Below, piece by piece: positions 24,551 to 34,276 of a stretch of 64,000 bases of DNA. The stretch lies in the sequence record OQ411014.1; one strand, 5' to 3'. The notes beneath the pieces were generated by a model. It searched no databases. It saw nothing but the letters and a program-made list of their open reading frames with translations, and was not told the DNA's origin. Position numbers and translations under genes: made by a program. The first letter of the stretch is position 1. Each line of letters begins with the position of its first letter.

Positions 24551-26092
24551 ATGGTAAACACGGATGTAACCCAGTACAGTATTCAAGCACAAGAACGCCT
24601 ACTAGCAAAGATTCTTAGTAACCCAGAGTTGTATGTTCGTTGTAAAAACATTCTTCGTCCTGAGTACTTTGATAACGTATTCCGTAATAGTATTGAGTTC
24701 GTGAATGAATACGCAGTAAAATATAGTGAACTACCACCACTTGACGATATCAACTTCAAAGGTGGTATGGAATACAAACAAACTCCAGTATCAGATTTGC
24801 ACCAACAATCAGTACTGGACGATATCTCTGCATTCTGTCGTCATAAAGCACTAGCTTTGGCTGTACAGAAAGGAATGGAATTAGTACACCAAAAGAAATA
24901 TGGTGGTATTGAAGAACTAATTCGTGAAGCAATGCTAGTATCAGTACAGAACGAGTTAGGTCTGGACATTTACGAAGACCCAACATCTGTAATCAAATCA
25001 CTAGCTGATATGCAAGGTTCTTTCAAGAGTGGTTGGGATACTCTTGACTATAAATTATTTGGTGGCTTCGGTCGTCAAGAACTTGAAATCTTTGCAGCAG
25101 CATCTGGTGGTGGTAAGTCTGTAGTACTACAAAACTTAGCTGTGAACTTCTCCAAGTCAGGACTAAATGGTGCGTACATTTCTCTTGAACTTGCAAAAGA
25201 ACTTGTCGCTGTACGTATCTATGGTATGCTTATTGACAAGAAACAGCAGGAAGTAAAAACTGATATTGATAACACAGCACTACAGGTAAAGATTGAAGAG
25301 AAGACTAACGGTATGTTACGTATCCACCGTCTTCCAGAATCTGTCAGTACTACAAACGATATTGAAAGTTATCTACGTGAACTCCAGATCAAAACTGGTG
25401 TAAAACTAGATTACGTATGTGTGGACTACCTTGATCTACTAACATCTGACCGTTGTACTGCTCAAGATAAATCTAACGCATTCGTGAAAGATAAGTTCGT
25501 ATCGGAAGAACTACGTGCATTAGCAATGAAAATGGACATTACTGTTTTCACCGCTTGTCAGTTCAACCGTGATGGTGTAAAAGGTGAAGACAAGAAATCT
25601 TCTTCACAAATCGCTGGTGGTATTTCCAAAATCTATACTGCGGATAACGTAATCTTTATTGATGGTCGTAAAGACGTAGGTGAAATGTGGTTTGACTTCC
25701 AAAAAACTCGTAACAGTTCAGCAGTAGGTTCCCGTCTACGTATGTCTTATAACATGGATTCACTTCGTGTTCTTGACCATGCAATGACCGTTGAACAAAT
25801 GCAACAAGAAACATCATTCCAGCATAGTGGTAAAGTACGTATTGGTGGTGGTAATGTTTTATCTTCTCCATCTGCCCCGACTGCAATCCAACAATTGCAT
25901 AATTCTATGAAGAATGTAGTTCGTCCTCTTCAAGCACCTACCAGTACTGAAGAAGTTGTAGAAAGTACCGTTTCAGAAAGTACTACCGGTACTAATGAAC
26001 CTGCATATGCAAATACTGCACTAAATACTTCAAATACACCTTCCAATGGTCGTGTTGATAATATGAGGAAATTCTTACAGAATAGGAAATAA
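24551..26092 (+). CDS. Replicative DNA helicase (gp41/DnaB-like)
   Basis: Walker A ASGGGKS, SLEL, VDYLDL, TACQFNR, KTRNS; long low-complexity C-tail. Confidence 0.93.
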   Translation: MVNTDVTQYSIQAQERLLAKILSNPELYVRCKNILRPEYFDNVFRNSIEFVNEYAVKYSELPPLDDINFKGGMEYKQTPVSDLHQQSVLDDISAFCRHKALALAVQKGMELVHQKKYGGIEELIREAMLVSVQNELGLDIYEDPTSVIKSLADMQGSFKSGWDTLDYKLFGGFGRQELEIFAAASGGGKSVVLQNLAVNFSKSGLNGAYISLELAKELVAVRIYGMLIDKKQQEVKTDIDNTALQVKIEEKTNGMLRIHRLPESVSTTNDIESYLRELQIKTGVKLDYVCVDYLDLLTSDRCTAQDKSNAFVKDKFVSEELRALAMKMDITVFTACQFNRDGVKGEDKKSSSQIAGGISKIYTADNVIFIDGRKDVGEMWFDFQKTRNSSAVGSRLRMSYNMDSLRVLDHAMTVEQMQQETSFQHSGKVRIGGGNVLSSPSAPTAIQQLHNSMKNVVRPLQAPTSTEEVVESTVSESTTGTNEPAYANTALNTSNTPSNGRVDNMRKFLQNRK

Positions 26093-26095
26093 AAG

Positions 26096-26362
26096 ATGTC
26101 CGGTAAACATAACCTACTTGATAGTATTATAAATTATGCTCCCGTAAAGGAAGATTTATATACTTTTAGTAATAGAGCCGATCACGCAATCAATGCTGTG
26201 ATAAATCTAATGGAAAGTATCGAATCAGATTTCAGTCCTGACGAAGCTGAAGATTTGAAAAAGCGTCTTTTCCTTAGTATCAAAAACCGCGACTATCGGA
26301 AGTTTCAACGTGGGCTAGAGAATATAGCCCTCAATGAAAAACGAAATTCAAGGGGCGAATAA
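26096..26362 (+). CDS. Hypothetical protein
   Basis: 88-aa ORF coupled to next gene. Confidence 0.7.
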   Translation: MSGKHNLLDSIINYAPVKEDLYTFSNRADHAINAVINLMESIESDFSPDEAEDLKKRLFLSIKNRDYRKFQRGLENIALNEKRNSRGE

Positions 26363-26544
26363 TGTCAAAGAAAACTAAAAAATTGAAAGAGAATGCTTCT
26401 GCTGGTGCAACATCAGCAGGTGCAATCGCATCGGTTCCTACTGGTCTACATTACTCAATTCTAATGCGTATCCCAAAGAGTGATTTCTTCGGGTATTCTG
26501 AAGTTGATGAAACAGGTAAGAAAAAGACTAAAAAAGGAAAGTAA
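26362..26544 (+). CDS. Small basic hypothetical protein (LKE-NASAGATSAG)
   Basis: Coupled ORF; basic termini. Confidence 0.6.
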   Translation: MSKKTKKLKENASAGATSAGAIASVPTGLHYSILMRIPKSDFFGYSEVDETGKKKTKKGK

Positions 26545-26943
26545 ATGAAAGCCTACACATTCTATACAATACATACAGTTGTAGATATTGGTGATGGTAG
26601 TACTGCTACAATTGTGGACGGTAAGTTTACTGGTGCTATGAATTTGTCACGAATAGTTGAAGCCGTAATGGTTTACGACTATCCGATGATGGTAAGTGTT
26701 GTTCGGGATGAAGTTGATCTATCCAAAAGCAATAATAGTGAATTTTATGATTTACCTTCCTCATGGGGTAAATGTATTGTCAGTACTTTCAAATTCACTA
26801 TTCCAATGAACGTCACCATCAATCTAACTGGGATACCATTAGTATTACCATCAATAGTAAATGGTACACGTATTACTAAATTCAACGCAGCGTTGAGTAC
26901 GCGTAATATTAGTATTAGTAAACAGACACTTTGGTCTGCCTGA
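26545..26943 (+). CDS. Hypothetical protein, possible distant relative of the 5584-6821 pair
   Basis: NLSRIVEAV segment resembles NMKRVIDVV. Confidence 0.6.
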   Translation: MKAYTFYTIHTVVDIGDGSTATIVDGKFTGAMNLSRIVEAVMVYDYPMMVSVVRDEVDLSKSNNSEFYDLPSSWGKCIVSTFKFTIPMNVTINLTGIPLVLPSIVNGTRITKFNAALSTRNISISKQTLWSA

Positions 26944-26986
26944 TAAATAATCAGGAATAAGAACACAGATTTCTTTTGGAGAGAAT

Positions 26987-27958
26987 ATGGACATACAACA
27001 AACTGCCGAACAACTGCAAAAATTCGCAGATGCACATGGCCTGAACATGGATTGTTCAGTACTACTAGATCAGATGGACTCTGGTGATTTCATTGAACTC
27101 AATGGGGCAATTGACAACTCTGATAACCATTCTATTATGCAGATTCTGCAAAAATACAAAGCACGCTTGAGTGAGAGCTATGGTTACTTTACTGGGAATA
27201 TCCTAGTTGAATCTTATGGCTTGAATTTCATCAACTCATTGAGCTATAATTCTCTTGAGAAATTTTTCAAAGAGAACGTATCTTTTGCAATGCATGATAA
27301 TAGTCATTTGACGATTGCAGAAATGAAAACAATTGCATATGATCATGCAAACATTGATAACGTTTCTGTGTTTATGGAAGATAATAACCCACAAGCACAA
27401 CTTACTGCTAACATTATTGCTAATGCAAACACTCGCCAACAACAAACGCAAGTGAACCCACAAACGCAAGCAAAAATGAAACAAGCTGAGTTACAACGTA
27501 ACTCCGGTAACAACGCAATGAAAGTTACTGTACCAGGTAATCAGTCTGGTACTAACAACGTAGCAACTCTTGTTGGTGTTGATCCAGGACCAACTGAACA
27601 GCAGACGTTGGTGGTAACTAAAGATCCTCAAAAACAAAACCAAGTAAATGTTTATGGTTTGGATGACGTGAATCCTGTAGACCAACAAGGTCAAATCAAC
27701 ATGACTGAAGAGTATTCTCCACAAGAGATCAATCAAGATGTTATGGCTCCAAGCGGTGCACACCCTGAGAGTGGTGGGCCATCCCCACTAACAGTTACTG
27801 AACCTGGTATTGGTGGTATCATTCAAGCTATTGCACATATCGAGTCCGAAGATAATATTCATGGTGATGAAAGCCCAATGGGTAATCAATCAATGAATGA
27901 TGAGAACGATATTATTGCACAAATCATTGATAACTGTTCTAAGATGCGAGGCCGCTAA
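26987..27958 (+). CDS. Hypothetical Q/N-rich late protein
   Basis: GATAAATA box at 26942, GGAG RBS. Confidence 0.7.
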   Translation: MDIQQTAEQLQKFADAHGLNMDCSVLLDQMDSGDFIELNGAIDNSDNHSIMQILQKYKARLSESYGYFTGNILVESYGLNFINSLSYNSLEKFFKENVSFAMHDNSHLTIAEMKTIAYDHANIDNVSVFMEDNNPQAQLTANIIANANTRQQQTQVNPQTQAKMKQAELQRNSGNNAMKVTVPGNQSGTNNVATLVGVDPGPTEQQTLVVTKDPQKQNQVNVYGLDDVNPVDQQGQINMTEEYSPQEINQDVMAPSGAHPESGGPSPLTVTEPGIGGIIQAIAHIESEDNIHGDESPMGNQSMNDENDIIAQIIDNCSKMRGR

Positions 27959-28188
27959 TGAGAATGACCACGAATATCTATGGTCACTCAGTAATGGTAT
28001 CAAATGAAGAATATTCAGTATTGAAAAAAATCAAAGAGCGTGGTAAGATCCCCGCTCTCAAGATTCAAGAATATTACAGAACTGTAGCAGACAAATTGGT
28101 TTCTCGTGGAGTACTAAATAAAGTTCACGAGGATGGAAAGGATTTCTATGAACCAATAGGGAGTGAAGATGAAAGACAGCACAAGTGA
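27958..28188 (+). CDS. Small hypothetical protein (winged-helix-like pattern)
   Basis: Coupled ORF; ADKLVSRGVL..V pattern. Confidence 0.6.
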   Translation: MRMTTNIYGHSVMVSNEEYSVLKKIKERGKIPALKIQEYYRTVADKLVSRGVLNKVHEDGKDFYEPIGSEDERQHK

Positions 28189-28891
28189 TTTTATGGAAGG
28201 AATGCTATCGTCTTTGAATGATATTGAAGATGGTATCCAACCACAATCTCGACCACAACAAAATTACAATCACAATCAGAACCCAAATCAAGGTTTTGAT
28301 GTATATGCGGCACAAGCCGAATCTGCTGCTCGTGCACTCAATGAAACTAAAAACCTCTTAGAAGGTCTAACTGACATTGGGTTTGAATATGGAAATATCA
28401 ACAATCCAGACGCAGAAGCACAATCACAGCGTGCACCAACATATTCTGAATCACCAAGTACTTATGCACAACCAGTGTATAATGAACCAAAAATCCAGAA
28501 GCCATCGCGTCACTGGAGCTTAGTTGAGAATATTTTACAAGGTACTAAGAGTACTAAAGTATACAGTATAAAATGTAATTACAGTAACGAAGTACTAATG
28601 GATGGCATGTTGATGTTTGAATCATCCCAAACGTTAGTAAACTTACTCAATGAAGGACGTAATCTTTCGGACATAAAAGTACTAGGGATTATAAGTTCTG
28701 GTATACAGTACAGTACTGTTGTTATGGAAACACTTCGCAATGTGAAGAAACGCCAAAAAGTACTAAACGAATCACAGTATGATGTAGCCAAAGATCTTGA
28801 TGTGGTTATTTCAGAGAAGAAGAATGAAGCCAAACAACTAAGAAATCGTGTAATCAAATTTTTAGTTGACGAAGGATACATAACTAAATAA
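28163..28891 (+). CDS. Hypothetical protein
   Basis: 242-aa ORF, phage codon usage. Confidence 0.7.
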   Translation: MKMKDSTSDFMEGMLSSLNDIEDGIQPQSRPQQNYNHNQNPNQGFDVYAAQAESAARALNETKNLLEGLTDIGFEYGNINNPDAEAQSQRAPTYSESPSTYAQPVYNEPKIQKPSRHWSLVENILQGTKSTKVYSIKCNYSNEVLMDGMLMFESSQTLVNLLNEGRNLSDIKVLGIISSGIQYSTVVMETLRNVKKRQKVLNESQYDVAKDLDVVISEKKNEAKQLRNRVIKFLVDEGYITK

Positions 28892-28924
28892 AATAGGAAT
28901 TGACTATTATAAGGAAATATACAA

Positions 28925-29554
28925 ATGTCTAAGAATTTTTCTAAATTGATGGAAACTGCTAACAAAGGTGAAGCAATGTCTTACATTCGTCTAAACGAAT
29001 CTAACATTGAGAAAGCTGAAATTGTTCTAGCAGTCAAAGGCGAGATTGTTGACAAGCTACAACGTCAAGCTGAAGTAATCAACAACATGGGCGTGGACGT
29101 ATTAGGCCCACTACTAGATCGTATCAAAGCTGAACATGGTCTTGAATCTGCTGAAAGTTTCCGTAACAACATCAGCGGCCTATTAGAGCACGCAGTAAAA
29201 ACTCTAATGGATGTAAAAGATAAGATCAGTACTGAAACTCTAAAACTAACTGGTGATATTACCAATGAACCTAGTATCAGTGAACTAGGTGCAGGTGCAG
29301 ATGAAATGTCTCTTGACATGCAAACTCCAGAGTTTGACTTTGAAGCAGATGCAGATTTTGAAGATATTGATGTTGAACCAACTCCAGCAGAACGTGAAAT
29401 GAAAGAATCCGTTCAACCTAAACGTATCGGTATTGAGATTGAAAGTAAGTCCGGTGTTGTAGGTCGCAAGTTCTTCGAGAGCAAGCAATCTATGAAAACT
29501 TGGCTAACTGAAAACGAACACAAAATCAAACGCGTTATTGGTATGGTAAAATAA
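28925..29554 (+). CDS. Hypothetical helical protein, possible prohead core/scaffold
   Basis: AATAAATA box at 28887, AAGGA RBS, several LxE motifs. Confidence 0.6.
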   Translation: MSKNFSKLMETANKGEAMSYIRLNESNIEKAEIVLAVKGEIVDKLQRQAEVINNMGVDVLGPLLDRIKAEHGLESAESFRNNISGLLEHAVKTLMDVKDKISTETLKLTGDITNEPSISELGAGADEMSLDMQTPEFDFEADADFEDIDVEPTPAEREMKESVQPKRIGIEIESKSGVVGRKFFESKQSMKTWLTENEHKIKRVIGMVK

Positions 29555-29563
29555 GGATACAGG

Positions 29564-29890
29564 ATGAAATTCAGTGAACTAACTGAAGTCGCTCCTGAGA
29601 AGAATATCCAAAGTATGATCATGACCACTGCACTATCTTTAGTTGCAACTGGTCGTGAAGAAGTGAAACTACAATCACTAATTGGTGAAATCAAAAAGCG
29701 TACTAACATTGATGTTCCATACAACGTTATGGTTGACATTCTTAGTAACCTACCTTTTGTAACTGATGTAAATAGTGATGTAGTTACCTTCGGTGGTGAG
29801 GATACCAGTACTGATGCCCCTGAAGAGGATTCAGCAGATATCGTTGCTGATATGGCATCAAAAGCGGCGTCAAGTAATTTGAAGCAATAA
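29564..29890 (+). CDS. Hypothetical acidic protein
   Basis: AGGA RBS; 108 aa. Confidence 0.7.
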   Translation: MKFSELTEVAPEKNIQSMIMTTALSLVATGREEVKLQSLIGEIKKRTNIDVPYNVMVDILSNLPFVTDVNSDVVTFGGEDTSTDAPEEDSADIVADMASKAASSNLKQ

Positions 29891-29891
29891 A

Positions 29892-29921
29892 TTGAGACAG
29901 ATTTACATAATGTGATATAAT
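29892..29921 (+). promoter_or_regulatory. Middle-type promoter TTGAGACA-N11-TGTGATATAAT
   Basis: Spaced motif. Confidence 0.78.
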
Positions 29922-29933
29922 AGGAGTACAAGG

Positions 29934-30647
29934 ATGTACATACCACCAATCGTAGAACGATTCACTTATGCAGGTTACGAGAGAATAGAAGGCGGCCCAG
30001 AAGGTCGCCTTTATTCAACTCCAAGTGGTAATCTTCCTTCAGTAACTACAATATTATCTGCAACTGATAATAATGAAGGATTGAAGCAGTGGCGGGAATT
30101 CGTTGGAAACGAAAAAGCAGATGCAATCTGTTTGGAAGCAACAACAATTGGTACGTTTATGCACGAAAATCTGGAGAACCGATTGATTGGTAAACCTGAT
30201 CATGAAGGTGGAATGCCAGTACGAGTACTAGCTCGTAGAATGGCAGATGTTATTCAGAATGAAGCATGGCCTCATATAAATGAGGTATGGGGACAAGAAG
30301 TACCGTTGTACTATGAAGGATTATGGGCTGGCACTACTGACTTGGTAGGAGTTCACAATGGACTACCTACAATTATGGATTACAAAAATTCACGTAAAGA
30401 AAAGAAATGGAAACAGATTGAGAACTATCGTATGCAGCTTGCAGCTTATGCTCTTGCTCATAACTATCAGTTCGGTACGGATATAAATAGAGGCGTGATT
30501 TTTATTTGTGTTCGAAAAGATCCAAACAATCCAACATATCAAGAGTTCGTTGTTGAAGGAGATGACTTCAAAGAGGCTTGTAATATGTGGATTGAACGAG
30601 TTGAACAATATTATACTTTACGCGGAGAAATACAACATGGGAACTAG
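29934..30647 (+). CDS. PD-(D/E)XK exonuclease (lambda-exo/Cas4-like fold)
   Basis: LPSVTTIL, GT.MH, E..LY, AGTTDL, IMDYKNS, QLAAYA. Confidence 0.9.
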   Translation: MYIPPIVERFTYAGYERIEGGPEGRLYSTPSGNLPSVTTILSATDNNEGLKQWREFVGNEKADAICLEATTIGTFMHENLENRLIGKPDHEGGMPVRVLARRMADVIQNEAWPHINEVWGQEVPLYYEGLWAGTTDLVGVHNGLPTIMDYKNSRKEKKWKQIENYRMQLAAYALAHNYQFGTDINRGVIFICVRKDPNNPTYQEFVVEGDDFKEACNMWIERVEQYYTLRGEIQHGN

Positions 30648-31230
30648 AACTATGAAACAAGACATTTTTACTATCAAAGCAATCGAATCTAAAGGTTATG
30701 AACTAGAAGAACTAATCACTCGTTCCGATGAAGAGATCGAGAAACTCCCACTAAGTGCTAAACTAATCACTTTCATTCAAGAGCTAAAAACTCGTGGTGG
30801 TAAAACTGCTGACCAACTAGCAGAACAAATCGCAGACCTAATGATGCGTGAAGAAAATGAACCAGCACCTGCTGTAGTTGAAGCATATGCAGATGTTAGC
30901 GAAGAAGTAGAAGAACTACCAACTATTACAATGTTAGTTGATGATGAAACTGAAATTGTAGTACAAGGTGACGAAGTTACTATCGAAGCTGAAACTATTG
31001 TCGTAGAAACTAAAGAAGTCCCAGTAGAACGCACTGAAGCTGCTCCTGATGATATTGCAGTCATCCGTGAAGCACTAGCAGCGAAAGAAGCAAAATCTTT
31101 CCAACCTTTCATCAAACACTTGAAAGCAGCAGTTCCAGCATCTATCCTAGACGCAGTAGACAGTACTGTAGTATCTGATCTAATCGATGCTCGTATTGCT
31201 GAAGTCAAGGCAGCAGCAGAAAAGAAATAA
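30637..31230 (+). CDS. Hypothetical very acidic protein
   Basis: Start at ATG 30637 with GGAG RBS. Confidence 0.7.
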   Translation: MGTRTMKQDIFTIKAIESKGYELEELITRSDEEIEKLPLSAKLITFIQELKTRGGKTADQLAEQIADLMMREENEPAPAVVEAYADVSEEVEELPTITMLVDDETEIVVQGDEVTIEAETIVVETKEVPVERTEAAPDDIAVIREALAAKEAKSFQPFIKHLKAAVPASILDAVDSTVVSDLIDARIAEVKAAAEKK

Positions 31231-31260
31231 ATAATCCTATAATATTATAGGAGATAATAT

Positions 31261-31827
31261 ATGGCACAACAACAAGTCGCTCTACAGCAAGTACGTTCCG
31301 GTAAACAGCGTGATTTACCGGACGCTTTAGAGAAAGGTCAAATAGGTTTCAGTACTGACGTTGGTCGTTTGTTCATTGGTTTACCATCCGCATCAGAACC
31401 ATCCTCTTTGGTCGCGGGTCGTAATTGGACAAATGCACCTAACTCTGGTAAAGAAAACGTAGAAATACTAACAGAATTTACACCGTGGGAAATCATAAAT
31501 GATTTGGTAAGTAAGCCAAACGTTATTGAAGTCCCTCCGTCAACAACACTAACATCCACTATTCGAAGTAAATCACGTGCATTCATAAATTATGTTGCAT
31601 ATGATGACACAACTGTGTTAGAATCTGGATCAGTACAAATTGTAGTAGATGGTACACGTACTCTTCTATCACAACAAAACAACACGAATCAGGATGATGG
31701 TATCTTTATGATTACTTTCTTGGAACCTTCATATGATTCAACGTCTCAACGAATGACTATGCCAGTACAGAATAGTAGTACTCGCAAATTCACAGTTGAA
31801 TTCCTTATAAGTGGGTGGGATAAGTAA
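31261..31827 (+). CDS. Putative virion/tail protein with Mtd/hyaluronidase-type N-terminal motif
   Basis: LEKGQIGFSTDVGRLFIG; AATAAATA box at 31226. Confidence 0.6.
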   Translation: MAQQQVALQQVRSGKQRDLPDALEKGQIGFSTDVGRLFIGLPSASEPSSLVAGRNWTNAPNSGKENVEILTEFTPWEIINDLVSKPNVIEVPPSTTLTSTIRSKSRAFINYVAYDDTTVLESGSVQIVVDGTRTLLSQQNNTNQDDGIFMITFLEPSYDSTSQRMTMPVQNSSTRKFTVEFLISGWDK

Positions 31828-31849
31828 AAAAAGGCTTTCCCGCCTTTTT
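31828..31849 (+). terminator. Probable terminator
   Basis: AAAAAGGC-N6-GCCTTTTT. Confidence 0.6.
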
Positions 31850-31891
31850 ATTCCCCTATATAAAATTACAGTAAACAAACAAGGATGTATA

Positions 31892-34213
31892 ATGATCAAC
31901 GTTACAAAACGTAATGGTGCGTTAGAAGCACTAGACTTAGAAAAAATTCACCAAATTCTTTTCTTCGCAGCAGATAAACTTAGTGGTGTTTCCGTATCTG
32001 AAATTGAGTTACGTGCTCAACTACAGTTCCATGAGGGCATCAAAACAAGTGAAATCCATGATATCCTTATCAAAGCTGCATCCGAATTGATTAGTGCTGA
32101 AACTCCTAATTACCAATACGTTGCTGGTCGTCTAATCAACTACTCTCTACGGAAAGTCGTTTACGGTACTTATGAACCAATCAAGTTCTCAACTCATGTA
32201 CAAGACCTAGTAGACCGTGGGATTTATGATCCTGAAGTACTGGAAAAGTATTCGATGCTTGAGATTGAAGAACTCGGCAAATACATCAAACATAAGCGAG
32301 ATGATAAATTCACTTATGCAGCGATGGAACAATGGCTCGGTAAGTATCTATGTAAGAACCGTGTTACTAAAGAAATTTATGAAACCCCACAGATGGCTTA
32401 CATGCTAATGTCTGCTATTATTTTTATGGAATACGACCCAAGTACTCGTATGTCCTATGTGAAACGCTTCTACGATTCCATTAGTAACTTTGATATTAGC
32501 CTACCAACACCAATCATGGCTGGTCTACGTACTAACACTCGCCAGTTTAGCTCTTGTGTAGTACTGAACATTGGTGATAGCCTTGATAGTATTGGTTCTT
32601 CTAACCATGCAATTCTACGTTACATCTCCCGTAAAGCTGGTCTAGGTATCAACTTTGGTCGTGTACGTGCAATTGACTCTGCTATTCGTGGTGGTGATGC
32701 AGTCCATACTGGCGTTATCCCATTCATCGCAGCAGCAGCAAAAACTGTAAAATCCTGTTCTCAGGGTGGCGTTCGTGGTGGTGCAGCAACTATCCACTTC
32801 CCACTATGGCACTATGAGTTTGAAAGTCTTGTAGTACTGAAGAATAACAAAGGAACCGAATTCAACCGTGTACGTCAAATGGACTACTGCTTCCAATTGA
32901 ACGAAACACTATATGAGCGTTTATGTACTCGCGGTGATATCTCTTTCTTCTCCCCAAGTGACGTTCCAGGGCTATATGAAGCATTCTGTGTTGATAATGC
33001 AACATTCGAAAAGCTATACGTACAATACGAAAACGACCCAAGCATTCGTCGCAAGACTATGCCAGCGGTAGAAGTGTTTACTATTCTAATGAACGAACGT
33101 TCCAGTACTGGTCGTATCTACATTCAGAATATTGACAGTACTAACGAACACTCACCATTTGACCCAACTGTTGCACCGATTGAACAGAGTAACTTGTGTC
33201 AAGAAATCGCACTACCTTCAGTTCCATTTGAAGATGTGAATGGTGATGATGGTCTAATCAGTCTATGTACACTAGCAGCAATCAACTGGGGTAACTTCGA
33301 AAACCCAAGTGATATGGAAAACGCGTGTGATCTATCTGTTCGTGCATTAGATTCACTACTAGCATACCAAGACTACCCAGTAGGCCACGCTAAACGTGCT
33401 ACAGACTTGTATCGTCCACTAGGTGTTGGTATCATCAACCTAGCTTACTTCCTAGCTAAACGTGGTCTACGCTACGATGAAGGTGCATTAGAGACAGTGA
33501 ACGAGTGGGCTGAAGCATGGTCTTACTACTTACTGAAATCTTCGGTAGAACTTGCAAAAGAGAAAGGACGTTGTGAAGGATTTGAAAATCTCCGGTATGC
33601 TCAAGGTATTCTCCCAGTAGATACTTATAAGCGAACTGTTGATGAACTAGTAAGTCCTGAACTAAAAATGGATTGGGATTCTCTCCGTGCTGATATCGCT
33701 GAATATGGCATTCGTAACGCAACTACAATGGCACTAATGCCAGCGGAAACAAGTGCACAAATCAGTAACAGTACTAACGGTATTGAACCACCACGTAGTC
33801 TAGTAAGTATCAAGGCATCCAAAGATGGTATCTTGAAACAAGTAGTACCAGAAATTGGTAAACTCAAAAACAACTACACCCTACTATGGGATATGAAAGA
33901 CAACAGTGGTTATCTGAAAATTGTTGCAGTACTGCAAAAATACATAGACCAGAGTATTAGTGCTAATACTAGCTACAACCCAGCTAACTATCCAGATGGT
34001 AAACTATCAATGAAACTTCTTCTTGGTGAATTACTACTCGCATATAAGTACGGCGTGAAGAACCTGTACTATATGAACACCAACGACCAAGCAGGAGAAG
34101 TTGATGTATCTAAAACCGCAACCGATGGGAATAAAGTCCCTGAATTGAAAGGATTTATCCTTTCAAATATTCCGCTCGATGATGAAGGTGGATGCGATTC
34201 CTGTACTATCTAA
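31892..34213 (+). CDS. nrdA: Class Ia ribonucleotide reductase alpha subunit
   Basis: ATP cone VTKRNG, PTPIMAG, SSCV, SNLCQE, RNATTMALMPAETS, C-terminal CDSC; start ATG 31892 (AAGGA RBS). Confidence 0.97.
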   Translation: MINVTKRNGALEALDLEKIHQILFFAADKLSGVSVSEIELRAQLQFHEGIKTSEIHDILIKAASELISAETPNYQYVAGRLINYSLRKVVYGTYEPIKFSTHVQDLVDRGIYDPEVLEKYSMLEIEELGKYIKHKRDDKFTYAAMEQWLGKYLCKNRVTKEIYETPQMAYMLMSAIIFMEYDPSTRMSYVKRFYDSISNFDISLPTPIMAGLRTNTRQFSSCVVLNIGDSLDSIGSSNHAILRYISRKAGLGINFGRVRAIDSAIRGGDAVHTGVIPFIAAAAKTVKSCSQGGVRGGAATIHFPLWHYEFESLVVLKNNKGTEFNRVRQMDYCFQLNETLYERLCTRGDISFFSPSDVPGLYEAFCVDNATFEKLYVQYENDPSIRRKTMPAVEVFTILMNERSSTGRIYIQNIDSTNEHSPFDPTVAPIEQSNLCQEIALPSVPFEDVNGDDGLISLCTLAAINWGNFENPSDMENACDLSVRALDSLLAYQDYPVGHAKRATDLYRPLGVGIINLAYFLAKRGLRYDEGALETVNEWAEAWSYYLLKSSVELAKEKGRCEGFENLRYAQGILPVDTYKRTVDELVSPELKMDWDSLRADIAEYGIRNATTMALMPAETSAQISNSTNGIEPPRSLVSIKASKDGILKQVVPEIGKLKNNYTLLWDMKDNSGYLKIVAVLQKYIDQSISANTSYNPANYPDGKLSMKLLLGELLLAYKYGVKNLYYMNTNDQAGEVDVSKTATDGNKVPELKGFILSNIPLDDEGGCDSCTI

Positions 34214-34221
34214 TAACAATC

Positions 34222-34252
34222 AACTACCCAATGCTATGTTGGGTAGTTTTTT
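34222..34252 (+). terminator. Intrinsic terminator
   Basis: AACTACCCAA-N7-TTGGGTAGTT then T run. Confidence 0.8.
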
Positions 34253-34276
34253 AATAAAAAACGAGGTAAAGTAAAA

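Noticed and set aside
29413-29949. 178-aa minus-strand ORF across 28925-29890 genes
   Set aside because: Overlaps well-supported plus-strand genes; mirror-frame artefact.
29934-30647. Cas4-like nuclease as evidence of a CRISPR system
   Set aside because: Lacks the Cas4 cysteine cluster and any array; an ordinary phage PD-(D/E)XK exonuclease.
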